Below, piece after piece: positions 9,041 through 19,492 of a stretch of 64,000 bases of DNA. Position 1 is the first letter of the stretch, and each line of letters starts with the position of its first letter. Position numbers and translations under genes: made by a program. This DNA comes from Candidatus Omnitrophota bacterium (GTDB lineage Bacteria > Omnitrophota > Gorgyraeia > Duberdicusellales > Duberdicusellaceae): assembly GCA_016932855.1 (NCBI GenBank), contig JAFGCB010000016.1, forward strand, positions 554-64,553, in the 5' to 3' direction. The notes under the pieces are model-generated. The model did no database searches, was not told the origin of the DNA, and saw only the letters and a program-made list of their open reading frames with translations.

Positions 9041-11938
9041 CTAGAAGAGCTTAAGAAGCGTATGGGGACAAATACGGTTATAGGCGCACCAGTTACAGGA
9101 ACGGTAGGAAGGACTGGGTTTAAAATTTCTATTTCTTATCCCTTTTTCTACCTTGGAAATCTTTTCTTCAACCTTCTCAAAATCTTTGCCGGTTTTTTCT
9201 GCTCTGCCGATAAGCCCTGATTCCAAAAAATGTAGTTCCACCCTTTTAGGAAGCTTCCCGCATGATTTATAAAAGGCAAAGGAATAAAGATCCATCTGAA
9301 GACTTTCCTTAGCCCGTTTATCAGCATCCTCCTGGACCGTAACCGAAGAGGATGATTTAAAATCAATGATAACCCCTAGGCCTTCCTCAAGATCGATTCT
9401 GTCCCAGCGGCCTCTGATCACCGCCTTATTGAAAGTAAAGCGGAACTCCTTCTCTACCTCATGAGGCAACCTGCCGCAGCTCTCTTGACTTTGATAGAAC
9501 CTTTTAAGAGCATCCTTTGCCTCCTTTAGTCTTAAATCTTCATGCTCTCGGCTTATAAAACCTTCACAGCGCCAGGCGGCAAGAAATGCCTCCCAAAGCT
9601 TATCTTCGCTTATAGTCCTTTTTTGTTTTTTCTCCTCGTTGTATTTCTGAACCGCCTTATGTAAGGCGCTTCCGTAAACAATCGAATGATGCTGGATTAT
9701 AGGGACTCTTAGAATATGGACAAACTTGTATTTAAGAGGACAGGTTAAGTAATCGTCTATACGGTAAAAACTTAAAGCCAAAAGCTCACCATCGGCGATG
9801 CCGCCCAGCATGAACTTACTTGCGGCCTCTTTTCCGGCTTGGGCTTCTATGGCTTTTTCTATATCCTCTCTTTTTTCGGGTAAAATCTTCTTAGGTACAT
9901 CCAGAGTTTCGTATACGAACCTGCTTATCTTACGCAGCCTCTTTCCTCCGTAGTCCTGAGAAGAAGTAAGAATTACCTCCTCCTTTGCCCGGGTTAAAGC
10001 CACATAAAAAAGCCTACGCTCCTCTTGTATGTGGTAATCTCCTTGCGGAAGCATGTCCTTGTGAAGCTGCGAAGGAAGCTGCAATACGCTTGACCTTTTA
10101 GGCCAGGGGAATTTACCTTCAACAAGAGCGGCGATAATCACTACTCTAAATTCAAGACCCTTAGCCTTATGAACGGTCAAAACATTCACCGCGTCTACCT
10201 CCAAAGAAGCCTCTTGTATTTCCGGAGACTCTCCCGCCTCCATTACCATATCCAAATACTTAACAAAATATTGAAGTCTATTTTCCCGGGTTAAACCCTC
10301 GTACTCACGGATACTTTCGAAAAACTTGGCAATATTTCTTACTTTCTGCTCATTCTCCAGACTCTCCTGTTCAAGCAGAGTCTTTAAAATACCTTTGTCG
10401 GTAAGCCATATATAAAGAAGGCGACCTGTCGACTCCTGGGTGGAAAGTTCGATATAGTGTTTAAGCTCTTTTACCACCCGGGCTATTTTCTCTCTGGTCT
10501 TATCGTTAATTTTAGGAGCGTTTTCTAAATTATCTAGATTAGTTAAGACGTAGAAAAGGGATTGATTAATCCTTGAGGCGAAATTCGTAAGAGTAATTAA
10601 TTCCAAGGTATCCGGATCATAAAGCTTCTCAATCAGATAATAAAGGCTAAGGGAATCAGCGGGGTTTGCTACAAGCTTCAGGAAAGATAAGCAGAGACGT
10701 ATTTCCTCCTGGCTGTAAAGACCTCTATTGCCCGAAAATCGCCAGGGTATTGCCGCGATATTTAAAGCCCTTAAAAAGGGGTCGCTGTCATTATTTGATC
10801 TTACAAGAATAGCGAAGTCTTTGTATTTATAGCTGTCCCTTGAAACCCTTTCTTTTATAAGTGAAGCTATTCTATCGGCCTCCAAATTGAAATTATCAAA
10901 AAAATAAAATTTAACCGGTATAACCTTCTTTTTTTTATTAGGCTTAAGCCTCTTGTCAATATTGGCCTGTACGGCGAGTCTATCGGGATTATTATGCTGG
11001 ATAAGCTTAAAGGAAGTGTCAAGTATTGCTTTCTGCGAACGGTAATTTATGTTTATGCTTATCTTTTTGGCATCAGGGTAAAACTTCATAAAATTCATGA
11101 TATTACTGAAGGCCGCGCCCCGGAAACGGTAAATAGCCTGGTCATCATCGCAGACAACCATAATATTTTTATGGGCCTGGGCTAAAATAGTAAGCAGCAT
11201 AAGCTGGCAGAAATTGGTGTCCTGAAACTCATCCACTAAAATATATTTAAATTCCTGGTGGTATTTATTAAGAACTGAAGGGCGCTTTCTTAAAAGACAT
11301 AAGGCTAAATATACCTGGCTTGAGAAGTCAAGCTTTGCCTCTTGGATTTGAAGCTCCATGTATTTTTTGTAACACCGGGCTATTTCAATATGCCTCTCTT
11401 TATCTTCCTTTTCGGCGTCAGTATCCCGGGGTAAGCCCTGGGCAAACTCAAGGTATTCTTCAACGCTTATATCTTCGTCCCTGGCCCTGTCAAATATGCT
11501 TAAAAGAGCCTCTATGAATTTCGTGGGGTTTGAGGTAGGCCGGTATTTATTTAAAGGAAATTCGAAAAGGTGCTCCCTGAAAAAAACCACTGCCTGGTGC
11601 CGGGTTAAAATCTGGAAATCCGGGTCTAAGCCTATCTCTAAGGCATTTTCTCTTAAGACCTTGTCTCCGAAAGAATGAAAGGTCGATAACCAGGCATCCA
11701 CAAACCCGTAAGGAACCAGAATATCTACTCTTTCCTGCATCTGGTCAGCGGCCTTATCAGTAAAGGTAAGGGCTAAAATCTGGGAAGGACGGGCCTTCTT
11801 GGCAGTAATAAGATAGGCTATTCTTTTAGTGATTATCTGAGTCTTGCCTGTGCCTGCTCCGGCAATCACCAACAGCGGGCCGTCGGTATGAATAACTGCC
11901 TCTTTCTGCTGAGGATTTAGGTCTTTCAATAAATCCAT
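9041..11938 (-). CDS. UvrD/PcrA-family helicase fused to C-terminal PD-(D/E)xK nuclease with 4-Cys Fe-S staple
   Basis: AGAGTGKT, LVDEFQD, TVHKAKGLEF, EERRLFYVALTRA; C-terminal TCP..GRWDRID..IIDFKS..Q..LY..CNWC.Y..IC; start set at MDLLKDLNPQQ. Confidence 0.92.
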   Translation of the reverse strand: MDLLKDLNPQQKEAVIHTDGPLLVIAGAGTGKTQIITKRIAYLITAKKARPSQILALTFTDKAADQMQERVDILVPYGFVDAWLSTFHSFGDKVLRENALEIGLDPDFQILTRHQAVVFFREHLFEFPLNKYRPTSNPTKFIEALLSIFDRARDEDISVEEYLEFAQGLPRDTDAEKEDKERHIEIARCYKKYMELQIQEAKLDFSSQVYLALCLLRKRPSVLNKYHQEFKYILVDEFQDTNFCQLMLLTILAQAHKNIMVVCDDDQAIYRFRGAAFSNIMNFMKFYPDAKKISININYRSQKAILDTSFKLIQHNNPDRLAVQANIDKRLKPNKKKKVIPVKFYFFDNFNLEADRIASLIKERVSRDSYKYKDFAILVRSNNDSDPFLRALNIAAIPWRFSGNRGLYSQEEIRLCLSFLKLVANPADSLSLYYLIEKLYDPDTLELITLTNFASRINQSLFYVLTNLDNLENAPKINDKTREKIARVVKELKHYIELSTQESTGRLLYIWLTDKGILKTLLEQESLENEQKVRNIAKFFESIREYEGLTRENRLQYFVKYLDMVMEAGESPEIQEASLEVDAVNVLTVHKAKGLEFRVVIIAALVEGKFPWPKRSSVLQLPSQLHKDMLPQGDYHIQEERRLFYVALTRAKEEVILTSSQDYGGKRLRKISRFVYETLDVPKKILPEKREDIEKAIEAQAGKEAASKFMLGGIADGELLALSFYRIDDYLTCPLKYKFVHILRVPIIQHHSIVYGSALHKAVQKYNEEKKQKRTISEDKLWEAFLAAWRCEGFISREHEDLRLKEAKDALKRFYQSQESCGRLPHEVEKEFRFTFNKAVIRGRWDRIDLEEGLGVIIDFKSSSSVTVQEDADKRAKESLQMDLYSFAFYKSCGKLPKRVELHFLESGLIGRAEKTGKDFEKVEEKISKVEKGIRNRNFKPSPSYRSCNWCAYNRICPHTLLKLF

Positions 11939-11946
11939 AATTATCT

Positions 11947-11977
11947 CGTAATGCGTAATGGGTAACGCGTTATGCGT
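11947..11977. repeat. Period-7 tandem repeat (CGTAATG-like x4)
   Basis: cgtaatg cgtaatg ggtaacg cgttatg cgt. Confidence 0.7.
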
Positions 11978-11990
11978 GTATATTTTTGGC

Positions 11991-12018
11991 TTGACAAAAT
12001 ATTGATTTGAAGTATACT
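11991..12018 (+). promoter_or_regulatory. Sigma70 promoter of rpmB
   Basis: TTGACA-16nt-TATACT, ending 10 nt before the ATG. Confidence 0.65.
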
Positions 12019-12028
12019 CTTTAAAATC

Positions 12029-12280
12029 ATGAGTAAAAAATGCTTTTTTTGCGGTAAAAAATCTTCCGGGGGCAATGTTGTTCAAAGAAGAGGTCTAGCT
12101 AAGAAAAAAGGCGGCGTAGGCAAGAAAACTACCTCTATTACCAAACGTAAATTTAAGCCCAACCTTCAAAGAATAAGGGTAGATCTAAAAGGAGTTATCA
12201 AAAAAGTTTTTGCCTGTGCTAAATGCATCAAGAAAAACAAGATTCGCAAGCCCAAGCCGGCAATAAAACCCTCCCTCTGA
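12029..12280 (+). CDS. rpmB: 50S ribosomal protein L28
   Basis: MSKKCFFCGK..GN..RRG..KKKGGVG..TKRKFKPNLQ..CAKCIK. Confidence 0.95.
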   Translation: MSKKCFFCGKKSSGGNVVQRRGLAKKKGGVGKKTTSITKRKFKPNLQRIRVDLKGVIKKVFACAKCIKKNKIRKPKPAIKPSL

Positions 12281-12297
12281 ATTCCCCACGTTTTCCA

Positions 12298-13974
12298 TCA
12301 AGACATCCTTACATCTTTCAAGCTAAGTACTGCCTGGCTGTCAGGCTGATTTGATCTTATTTTCAGACTATAAACGACATCAAAGCACTGCCCGTACTCT
12401 AAGATCCGGAAAAACTTATTATTAGCTCCTATCCGGGCTGGGTATATAAAATTAGCATCGCCTCCTGCCTGCTCTTGGAACCAAACAAATTTGTCAGTGC
12501 CTTTATCGGTAATATTCTTAACTTTAAGACTCTTGGTAAGAAAAAGCGGCTCGGGGTTCGCTTCCCCGAAAGGGGAAAAAAGCTTAAGAGTCTCTAAAAA
12601 CTGGGGCGTTATCTCGGAAAAATTTATCTGCCTGTCTATTTCCAGGCTGGAAATAAGGTCTTTTTCTTTAAGGACTTTTTTTGCCACTTCATTTATGGCC
12701 TCGCGGAATTTATTTATCTTATCTTTTTCTATCTCTATACCACAGGCTTTCTTATGGCCGCCGTAATCTTTTAGATAATCTCTGCACTCATCCAAGGCCT
12801 GCATCAAATGAAAGTTGTCTATGCTCCTTCCCGAACCTTTTCCCAAATTTTCCTTTAAGGATATAAGAAAGGTGGGCCGAGAAAATCTTTCTTTAATATT
12901 AGAAGCGGCGATTCCTAAAATCCCGGAATGCCAGTCTTCCTCAAACAGGACAATTACGTAATCTTTACGTAAATCGACTTCGCTTTCAATCTTAGCTAAG
13001 GCGGAATTTAGAACCTCTTTGGACTCTTGCCTGCGTTGCTTATTGTTTTTTTCCAATACGATAGCAAGTTCAGAAGCTCTCTGCTCGCAATCGGAAGAAA
13101 GAAGCTCAAAAGCAGGATAAGCGCAGGAAATTCTGCCCGAGGCGTTTAAGCGCGGCCCCAGAATCCAGCCTAAATGAAAGGTATCTATATATTCGCTCTT
13201 TAAGGTAGTTTTCTTTATCAAAGACTCAATTCCCAGACAAGGAGAAGTCCTTAGCTTCTCCAGGCCCAGCTTAACTAAAATCCTGTTCTCATCTAAAAGA
13301 GGCGCTACATCGCAGACTATAGACAGACTTACCAAATCTAAATACTCGTAAGCAAATATCCCCTTCAAAGCCCAGATGAGCTTAAAAGTAAGCGCGCCGG
13401 TAGACACTTCCTTGAAGGGATAGATAGAGTCTTGTCTCTTGGGGTTAACTAAAAGAAAATTCCTCTTCATCTTAAAAGATTCATGGTGGTCCACCACAAC
13501 AACATCCAGGCCCAGAGATTTCGCCTCATTGAGCAATCTGGAATTAGTCCCGCAATCAAGAGCAATAATCAAAGTCGCGCCTTCCTGGATTGCTTTGGCA
13601 AAGGCTTTTTTGTTAAAACCGTATCCGTCATCGATCCGGGAAGGGATAAGCACAAAAAAATCCACCCCTCTTTTAGAAAAATAATCGCTGAGCATAGCCA
13701 GGGAAGTAATCCCGTCAACATCATAGTCACCGAAAAGAAGTATTTTCTCCTTGTTGTCTATGGCTTTTCTTATTCTTAATACCGCTTCTTCCAAATCAGG
13801 AAGAAGCGACGGCTCATGTATAAACTTCCGTTTTGGATAAAGAAACTTTTGCGATTCTTCCTTATCTTTTACGTTTCGGTTAACAAGCAACTGACAGACG
13901 CTTAAAGAAAGTCCGGTTTCTTCAGCCAGCTTTTTAACCTCGCTTGTCTCTTCTGCAACCTTCCAATTCTTCAC
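12298..13974 (-). CDS. recJ: ssDNA exonuclease RecJ
   Basis: GDYDVDG, DCG, DHH, GPRLNASGR, GSGRS, GGH motifs. Confidence 0.95.
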   Translation of the reverse strand: MKNWKVAEETSEVKKLAEETGLSLSVCQLLVNRNVKDKEESQKFLYPKRKFIHEPSLLPDLEEAVLRIRKAIDNKEKILLFGDYDVDGITSLAMLSDYFSKRGVDFFVLIPSRIDDGYGFNKKAFAKAIQEGATLIIALDCGTNSRLLNEAKSLGLDVVVVDHHESFKMKRNFLLVNPKRQDSIYPFKEVSTGALTFKLIWALKGIFAYEYLDLVSLSIVCDVAPLLDENRILVKLGLEKLRTSPCLGIESLIKKTTLKSEYIDTFHLGWILGPRLNASGRISCAYPAFELLSSDCEQRASELAIVLEKNNKQRRQESKEVLNSALAKIESEVDLRKDYVIVLFEEDWHSGILGIAASNIKERFSRPTFLISLKENLGKGSGRSIDNFHLMQALDECRDYLKDYGGHKKACGIEIEKDKINKFREAINEVAKKVLKEKDLISSLEIDRQINFSEITPQFLETLKLFSPFGEANPEPLFLTKSLKVKNITDKGTDKFVWFQEQAGGDANFIYPARIGANNKFFRILEYGQCFDVVYSLKIRSNQPDSQAVLSLKDVRMS

Positions 13975-13988
13975 TTTATCCTCTTGTC

Positions 13989-14026
13989 CAATTTAGCAAT
14001 TTAACAATATGGCAATATGACAATGG
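13989..14026. repeat. Period-8 tandem repeat
   Basis: caatttag caatttaa caatatgg caatatga caatgg, next to the argS stop. Confidence 0.75.
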
Positions 14027-14028
14027 AA

Positions 14029-15663
14029 TTACATCTCCTCCGGCGCGCAAACCCCTAAAAGCTTGAGCCCAAGGCCTAATACTATCTTTACCGACTTTAT
14101 AAGATAAACCCTGGCCCGGGTTAAATCTTTGTCACCTTCAACCAACACCCGGTGAACTTCGTAAAATTTATGAAAAGAAGAAGAAAGACCGCCCAGGTAA
14201 TCTAATATAAAATAAGGCTCTCTCTGCTGAAAGCTAAGTTCCAATATATTCTTAAACTGCAGGCACTGCTTTATCAGGGAAATTTCCTCTTCTTCGCTGA
14301 GCAAGCTTAAACTTTCAAGGTCCGCAGGTCTTTGCGAGCCTGATTCAGGATTATATTTATTTATTATACTGCATATACGGGCATGGGCATACTGGATATA
14401 ATACAAAGGATTGTCAAAAGTCTTCGCTTTAGCTAAATCCACGTCAAACTCCAGGTGCGATGAGTTTTTTCTTGTTAAATAATAGAACCTGGCGGCGTCT
14501 TTACCTACCTCATCTATCAAATCAGAAAGTAAAACCGCTGTGCCTTTTCTTTTTGACATCCTGCCCTTGGTCTTTAAACTCACCAATTGAATAATAATAA
14601 CCTCCAGAAACTCTCTCTTAAAGCCCAGAGCCTCGATTGCCGAGGCTACCCGGCTTATATATCCGTGATGATCCGGACCCCATAAATTTATTATGGCATT
14701 AAACCCCCGCTCAATCTTATCCTTATGATAAGCTATGTCTGAGGCAAAATAGGTAAGTTCGGTATCGGCTTTCCTTACGACTCTGTCTTTATCGTCGCCG
14801 AATTTAGTCGAAGAAAACCACAAAGCCTCTTCTTTGCCGTAGACAAGACCTTTTTTCCTTAAAAATTCAACTGCTTCTTCAACTTTACCTTTATCAATAA
14901 TATCTCTCTGTTGGCTTATCCAAGTATCAAAGTTTACTCCTAAAAGCTCTAAATCTTTTTTAATCCAGTCCAGGCAGCTTTTAAGAGCGAATTCTTTTAT
15001 ATCGAAAGCATCGGATCTTACCCGGTAATCTTTGCTTTCCAGGGCCTGGGAAGCGATCTGTTTTACGTACTCCGCCTGATAGCCGTCCTGAGGAACAGGC
15101 TTATTACACATTAACGCGGAAACAGAATCAGACAATAAATCAGTCTGCTTGCCGGCGTCATTTATGTAATACTCTCTTGTGACCTCAGATCCGAGAAACG
15201 CGAGAAGGTTGCCGATCACGTCTCCGACCACAGCTTGCCTTCCATGAGCGATAGAAAGTGGCCCGGTAGGATTAGCGCTTACAAACTCCAAGATAATCTT
15301 CTGTCCGGATCCTTTACCGCTACGAAAAAAGTCTTCTTCCTGCTTTAATAAATCACCCAGAAGTTTGCGCACCGCAGAATCCTTAAGAAAAAAATTAATA
15401 AACCCCGGCGGCACAACTTCCACCTTGTCTACTCCAGGGTTAGTTTCCAAAAGCATTTCCTCTATGCTTGTCTTTAAGGCATTTGCAATATCCAAGGGGG
15501 TCTTTTCTATAAGGCCGGATAGCTTAAGAGGTAAACTTAAGGCCAGGTCTCCGAATTTCCTGTTCCGGGGAATCTCCAGAAAAAAATCTGCTTTCTCGCC
15601 GGGATAAGAATTTTTAAGTGAGTTTGCTATTATCTCTTCTAATTGCGAATAGAATTCCTGCAT
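14029..15663 (-). CDS. argS: Arginyl-tRNA synthetase
   Basis: EFVSANPTGPLSIAHGR, MSKRKG, YYIQYAHARICSI, APEEM terminus. Confidence 0.96.
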   Translation of the reverse strand: MQEFYSQLEEIIANSLKNSYPGEKADFFLEIPRNRKFGDLALSLPLKLSGLIEKTPLDIANALKTSIEEMLLETNPGVDKVEVVPPGFINFFLKDSAVRKLLGDLLKQEEDFFRSGKGSGQKIILEFVSANPTGPLSIAHGRQAVVGDVIGNLLAFLGSEVTREYYINDAGKQTDLLSDSVSALMCNKPVPQDGYQAEYVKQIASQALESKDYRVRSDAFDIKEFALKSCLDWIKKDLELLGVNFDTWISQQRDIIDKGKVEEAVEFLRKKGLVYGKEEALWFSSTKFGDDKDRVVRKADTELTYFASDIAYHKDKIERGFNAIINLWGPDHHGYISRVASAIEALGFKREFLEVIIIQLVSLKTKGRMSKRKGTAVLLSDLIDEVGKDAARFYYLTRKNSSHLEFDVDLAKAKTFDNPLYYIQYAHARICSIINKYNPESGSQRPADLESLSLLSEEEEISLIKQCLQFKNILELSFQQREPYFILDYLGGLSSSFHKFYEVHRVLVEGDKDLTRARVYLIKSVKIVLGLGLKLLGVCAPEEM

Positions 15664-15690
15664 TTTATGACACAGATTATCAGCGATAAA

Positions 15691-15791
15691 CTCGATCCTG
15701 GATGCTCGATCCTAGATCCTTGTTTTTAGGGCATCGCGTATCGGGTGTCGTTGTTTTTCCTACGTTTGCACCCCAAGCCCGATACCCGAAT
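15691..15791. repeat. Period-7 intergenic repeat (CTCGATC units plus TCGGGTA-family hairpin)
   Basis: ctcgatc ctggatg ctcgatc ctagatc; 15729-15751 is the exact reverse complement of 30111-30133. Confidence 0.8.
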
Positions 15792-15799
15792 ATTTTTGG

Positions 15800-16168
15800 T
15801 CATCTGCGAAAACGGAAGGCTACTTTCTTGGCGTCTTTAAACAATCTTTCAAGTTTATAGAAATCCCTTCTTTCCTCGGAAAATATATGAAAACAAACAT
15901 CTACATAATCGATCAAAGACCAGCCTCCTTCTTCATCCTTTTCCATATGATGAATGGAAAAACCCTCTTCTTTGGATAGCTTAACAAGCTCTTCCAATAT
16001 CGCGCTGGAATGAGGAAGAGAGGTAGAGCTTACAATCACAAAATAATCCCAGATAAAATTAAGCTTCCTTAAATCCAAAACAACAGGCTTAAGAGGATGC
16101 TTACGAGAAGCTGCCTCAAGAAGCCTTTTTGCTTTATCGCGGGAATTTAGAGACCGGCTTTTCTTCAT
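15800..16168 (-). CDS. rsfS: Ribosome silencing factor
   Basis: VVLDLR..DYFVIVS..WSLIDYVDVCFHIF...RDFYKLERLF. Confidence 0.9.
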   Translation of the reverse strand: MKKSRSLNSRDKAKRLLEAASRKHPLKPVVLDLRKLNFIWDYFVIVSSTSLPHSSAILEELVKLSKEEGFSIHHMEKDEEGGWSLIDYVDVCFHIFSEERRDFYKLERLFKDAKKVAFRFRR

Positions 16169-16174
16169 CTGCCT

Positions 16175-17446
16175 TCAAGCCAAGCTTCTTAAAGTTCTCT
16201 TAAGGCAAGAAGCGTAACTTTCCTTCCTGTTGGTTACTATGGCTACTTTTAATCTATTGTAAGAGAAAATCTCCCGGCAGACCCTTCGTATATCGTGGGC
16301 GGTAATTTTTAGAGCCTCTCTTTCTATGTCTTGATATGAGAATACCTTATCTAAAGTGCAAACTGATTCTCCGATATAAAGCATGGAATTCAAAGTCGAT
16401 TCTAAAAGCATGGAAAGATTACCCAGAAAATAATCCTTTGCCCTTAAAAGCTCGTCTCTTCCTACGAGCTTTTCTTTAAGCTTATTAAACTCCTTTATTA
16501 TAACCTTAAAAGCGAGCTCCACATTCTTGGAATCCAGGCCGCAGTGAACCACAAAAGCTCCGGTGTCCTTGTATTTCCTAAGCCCGGTCGATACTTCATA
16601 AGCCAAGCCTCTTTTTTCTCTGATTTCCTCAAAAAGCCGCGATGACATGTTTGCTCCTAAAATAATATTCACAAGCTCCAGAATAAATCTCTTTTTATCC
16701 GAATAACTAAAGCCGGGCAGGCCCAAAGACAAATGAGTCTGCTGGAAAGAAGTCACTTCCTGTTTTATTTTAAGACCCGGAAAGAATCTGGCTCTGGGCG
16801 ATTTTCGGGGTCTTAGTCTAGGGTTATCTGCGAATTTGCCGCGGATAATCTTCTCAAAATCCTCAGGCAGGCTCTTGGCACAAACAGCCACAACTATATT
16901 TGAAGGCCTGTAAAATACATTTTTAAATTCCCTTAAACTCTTCTGGGATATGCGCTTAACCGATTCCCTGGTCCCGATAACGTCCATACCTAAAGGATGC
17001 TTACTCCAGATAAGCTCCTCAAGGATGCTTGCCACCCTTGATGACGGCATATCATTATACATTCTAATTTCTTCCAATATCACTCCTCTTTCTCTCTGAA
17101 TATCCTCTTTTTTAAGAAGGGGGCTTGCCACCATATCCGAGAGAACATCGAAAGCGCTCTTGCAGTTCTTATCCAGAATCTTAGCGAAGTAGCAGGTGAC
17201 CTCCTGGGAAGTAAACCCGTTTAACTGACCTCCCCTTCCTTCAATCTGCTGCTTTATCTTCTTATAAGAATAGTTCCTGGTCCCTTTAAAAAGAAGATGC
17301 TCTAAGTAATGGGCAATGCCTTTAAAACTTAAGGGCTCGCAGCGCGCTCCGCGCCTAACCCATATGCCGATGCTTGCGCTTTCAACATTCTTGAACTCTT
17401 TGAATACCAGCTCGAGCCCGGAAGGAAATTTTATCCGTTTAACCAT
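16175..17446 (-). CDS. M16-family zinc peptidase
   Basis: HYLEHLLFKGT, NGFTS, SSRLFEEIREKRGLAY; start set at MVKRIKFPSG. Confidence 0.93.
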   Translation of the reverse strand: MVKRIKFPSGLELVFKEFKNVESASIGIWVRRGARCEPLSFKGIAHYLEHLLFKGTRNYSYKKIKQQIEGRGGQLNGFTSQEVTCYFAKILDKNCKSAFDVLSDMVASPLLKKEDIQRERGVILEEIRMYNDMPSSRVASILEELIWSKHPLGMDVIGTRESVKRISQKSLREFKNVFYRPSNIVVAVCAKSLPEDFEKIIRGKFADNPRLRPRKSPRARFFPGLKIKQEVTSFQQTHLSLGLPGFSYSDKKRFILELVNIILGANMSSRLFEEIREKRGLAYEVSTGLRKYKDTGAFVVHCGLDSKNVELAFKVIIKEFNKLKEKLVGRDELLRAKDYFLGNLSMLLESTLNSMLYIGESVCTLDKVFSYQDIEREALKITAHDIRRVCREIFSYNRLKVAIVTNRKESYASCLKRTLRSLA

Positions 17447-18213
17447 AAAGTAAATTTCTCGAAGTCCTTTAGAAAATTCCTGTTTTTGCGGCAAATAAGA
17501 ATCTTCTTGATAAGAACGCTGCCGGCTATCACGCCGTCAAAGTATTTTTTAAACATGCGGGCCTGTTTCTGGCTGGAAATTCCGAATCCTATGCAGACGG
17601 CGGCACGCACCTGTTTCTTTATCTTCTTTATATGTTTAAATATTTTCGAGGGAAGGGTTTTTCGCGGTCCGGTAACGCCTGTCACTGAAATATAATAAAT
17701 AAAACCGGACGACAACCTGTCAATAAGCCTTAAGCGTTCCTTCTGGGTGGTAGGAGAGATAAAGAATATAGTATCGATATTATTCTCGCGGGCTTTGTTT
17801 ACGAAATGCCCCGCCTCTTCAGCTAATAAATCAGCTACGATAACGCCGTCTATAAGCCTGCTGAAACGCTTAAAAAACTTATCAATTCCCATATGATAAA
17901 CAGGATTATAATAGGTCATGAGAATTAAAGGAGCTCTTATTCTGGACTTAAGTTTTTTAAGCGAAGATAAAAGCTTGTAAATATTGGCCCCTTTATCAAG
18001 GGCTATTTTGGAAGAAGTCTGGATTATCGGCCCGTCAGCGATGGGATCAGAGAAAGGGAGACCTATTTCGATAAAGTCAGCTCCGGCTCTATCTAAAGCC
18101 ATAACTATTGACTCGAATGTTTTCATATCCGGAAAACCAAAGGTCATATAGGGGATAAAGGCCTTCTTGCCCTGTTTCTTCAACTCTCTAAATTTTTCTC
18201 TAATTAATCCCAT
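17431..18213 (-). CDS. trpA: Tryptophan synthase alpha
   Basis: EIGLPFSDPIADGPIIQ, MTYYNP, SVTGVTG. Confidence 0.96.
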   Translation of the reverse strand: MGLIREKFRELKKQGKKAFIPYMTFGFPDMKTFESIVMALDRAGADFIEIGLPFSDPIADGPIIQTSSKIALDKGANIYKLLSSLKKLKSRIRAPLILMTYYNPVYHMGIDKFFKRFSRLIDGVIVADLLAEEAGHFVNKARENNIDTIFFISPTTQKERLRLIDRLSSGFIYYISVTGVTGPRKTLPSKIFKHIKKIKKQVRAAVCIGFGISSQKQARMFKKYFDGVIAGSVLIKKILICRKNRNFLKDFEKFTLWLNG

Positions 18214-18233
18214 CTCGCGCCCTTACGCTCCAT

Positions 18234-18305
18234 TTCGGGTATCGGGTATCGCGCATCGGGTATCGTTTTATTCCGATACTCTACACCCCATACCCGACAC
18301 CCGAA
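18234..18305. repeat. Period-7 inverted repeat (TCGGGTA family)
   Basis: tcgggta tcgggta tcgcgca tcgggta tcg ... ccgatac tctacac cccatac ccgacac ccgaa. Confidence 0.85.
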
Positions 18306-18328
18306 TATCAAGGGTTAAAAACCCTTAT

Positions 18329-19492
18329 CTAAATAAATTCATTTACTATTTCCAGATCTTTATCGCCCCTTCCCGACAAACACATGACCACAATGGAATT
18401 CTTCTTGGCGCTTCTGGATAAATTCTTAAGGTATGCCGCCGCGTGAGCTGATTCAAGCGCCGGTATAATCCCTTCTAACTCCGAAAGCATCTTAAATCCC
18501 TGTAGAGCCTCTTTGTCAGATACCCCGACATAGCGGGCTCTCTTTATCTTTTTATAATAGGAGTGTTCGGGCCCGACTCCGGGATAATCAAGGCCGGCGG
18601 CTACAGAATATGCTTCTTCAATCTGGCCGAATTTATCCTGAAGTACATAAGATTTTGAGCCGTGAAGCATACCTACGCTTCCTTTAATAAGACTCGAGGC
18701 ATGATGACCAAGATAACCTTTTCCCTTGGCTTCCACTCCCAGAAACTTCACTTTCCTGTCTTTAAAAAAGGGGTGAAACAAACCTAAAGAATTGCTGCCT
18801 CCTCCCACGCAGGCAACAAGATAGTCAGGCAATCTCTTTTCAGCCTTTAGTATCTGCTTGCGCGCCTCTTTTCCGATTACCGCCTGTAAATCTCTTACTA
18901 TAAGAGGATAAGGATAGGGCCCGACAGTCGAGCCCAGAAGATAGTAAGTATTCTCTACATTGGTTACCCAATCCCGCAAAGCTTCATTGCAGGCGTCCTT
19001 TAAGGTCTGGGAACCGCTGGTAACCTCTAGTACTCGCGTACCCAAAAGCCTCATCCTGAAAACATTCATCCTCTGCCGCTGAATATCTACCTTTCCCATA
19101 TATACGTCACATTTTTTACCGAAAAGAGCGGCAACCGTGGCGGTAGCCACCCCGTGCTGGCCGGCCCCGGTCTCGGCAATAATCCTTTCCTTTTTCATCT
19201 TTACGGCAAGAAGAGCCTGACCTAAGGCATTGTTTATCTTATGGGCGCCGGTATGAAGCAAATCTTCCCGCTTAAGGTATATCCTTAACTTAAATTCTTT
19301 ACTTAAGTTTTTTGCGAAATAAAGAGGAGAGGGCCTTCCTGCGTACCGGCTCAAATAGAACTTAAGTTCATCCTGAAAAGCTTTATTTCTTGAATACTTA
19401 CGGTAAGCCCGATCAAGTTCCCTTAAAGGATACTCCAAAGTCTCGGGAATAAATCTTCCTCCAAAATCACCGAAATATTCTCTCTTAGCCAT
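18329..19492 (-). CDS. trpB: Tryptophan synthase beta
   Basis: [32 protein letters not shown]. Confidence 0.97.
   Translation of the reverse strand: MAKREYFGDFGGRFIPETLEYPLRELDRAYRKYSRNKAFQDELKFYLSRYAGRPSPLYFAKNLSKEFKLRIYLKREDLLHTGAHKINNALGQALLAVKMKKERIIAETGAGQHGVATATVAALFGKKCDVYMGKVDIQRQRMNVFRMRLLGTRVLEVTSGSQTLKDACNEALRDWVTNVENTYYLLGSTVGPYPYPLIVRDLQAVIGKEARKQILKAEKRLPDYLVACVGGGSNSLGLFHPFFKDRKVKFLGVEAKGKGYLGHHASSLIKGSVGMLHGSKSYVLQDKFGQIEEAYSVAAGLDYPGVGPEHSYYKKIKRARYVGVSDKEALQGFKMLSELEGIIPALESAHAAAYLKNLSRSAKKNSIVVMCLSGRGDKDLEIVNEFI

Noticed and set aside
11939-12085. N-terminal extension of the UvrD ORF
   Set aside because: Overlaps rpmB and its promoter; homology starts at MDLLKDLN
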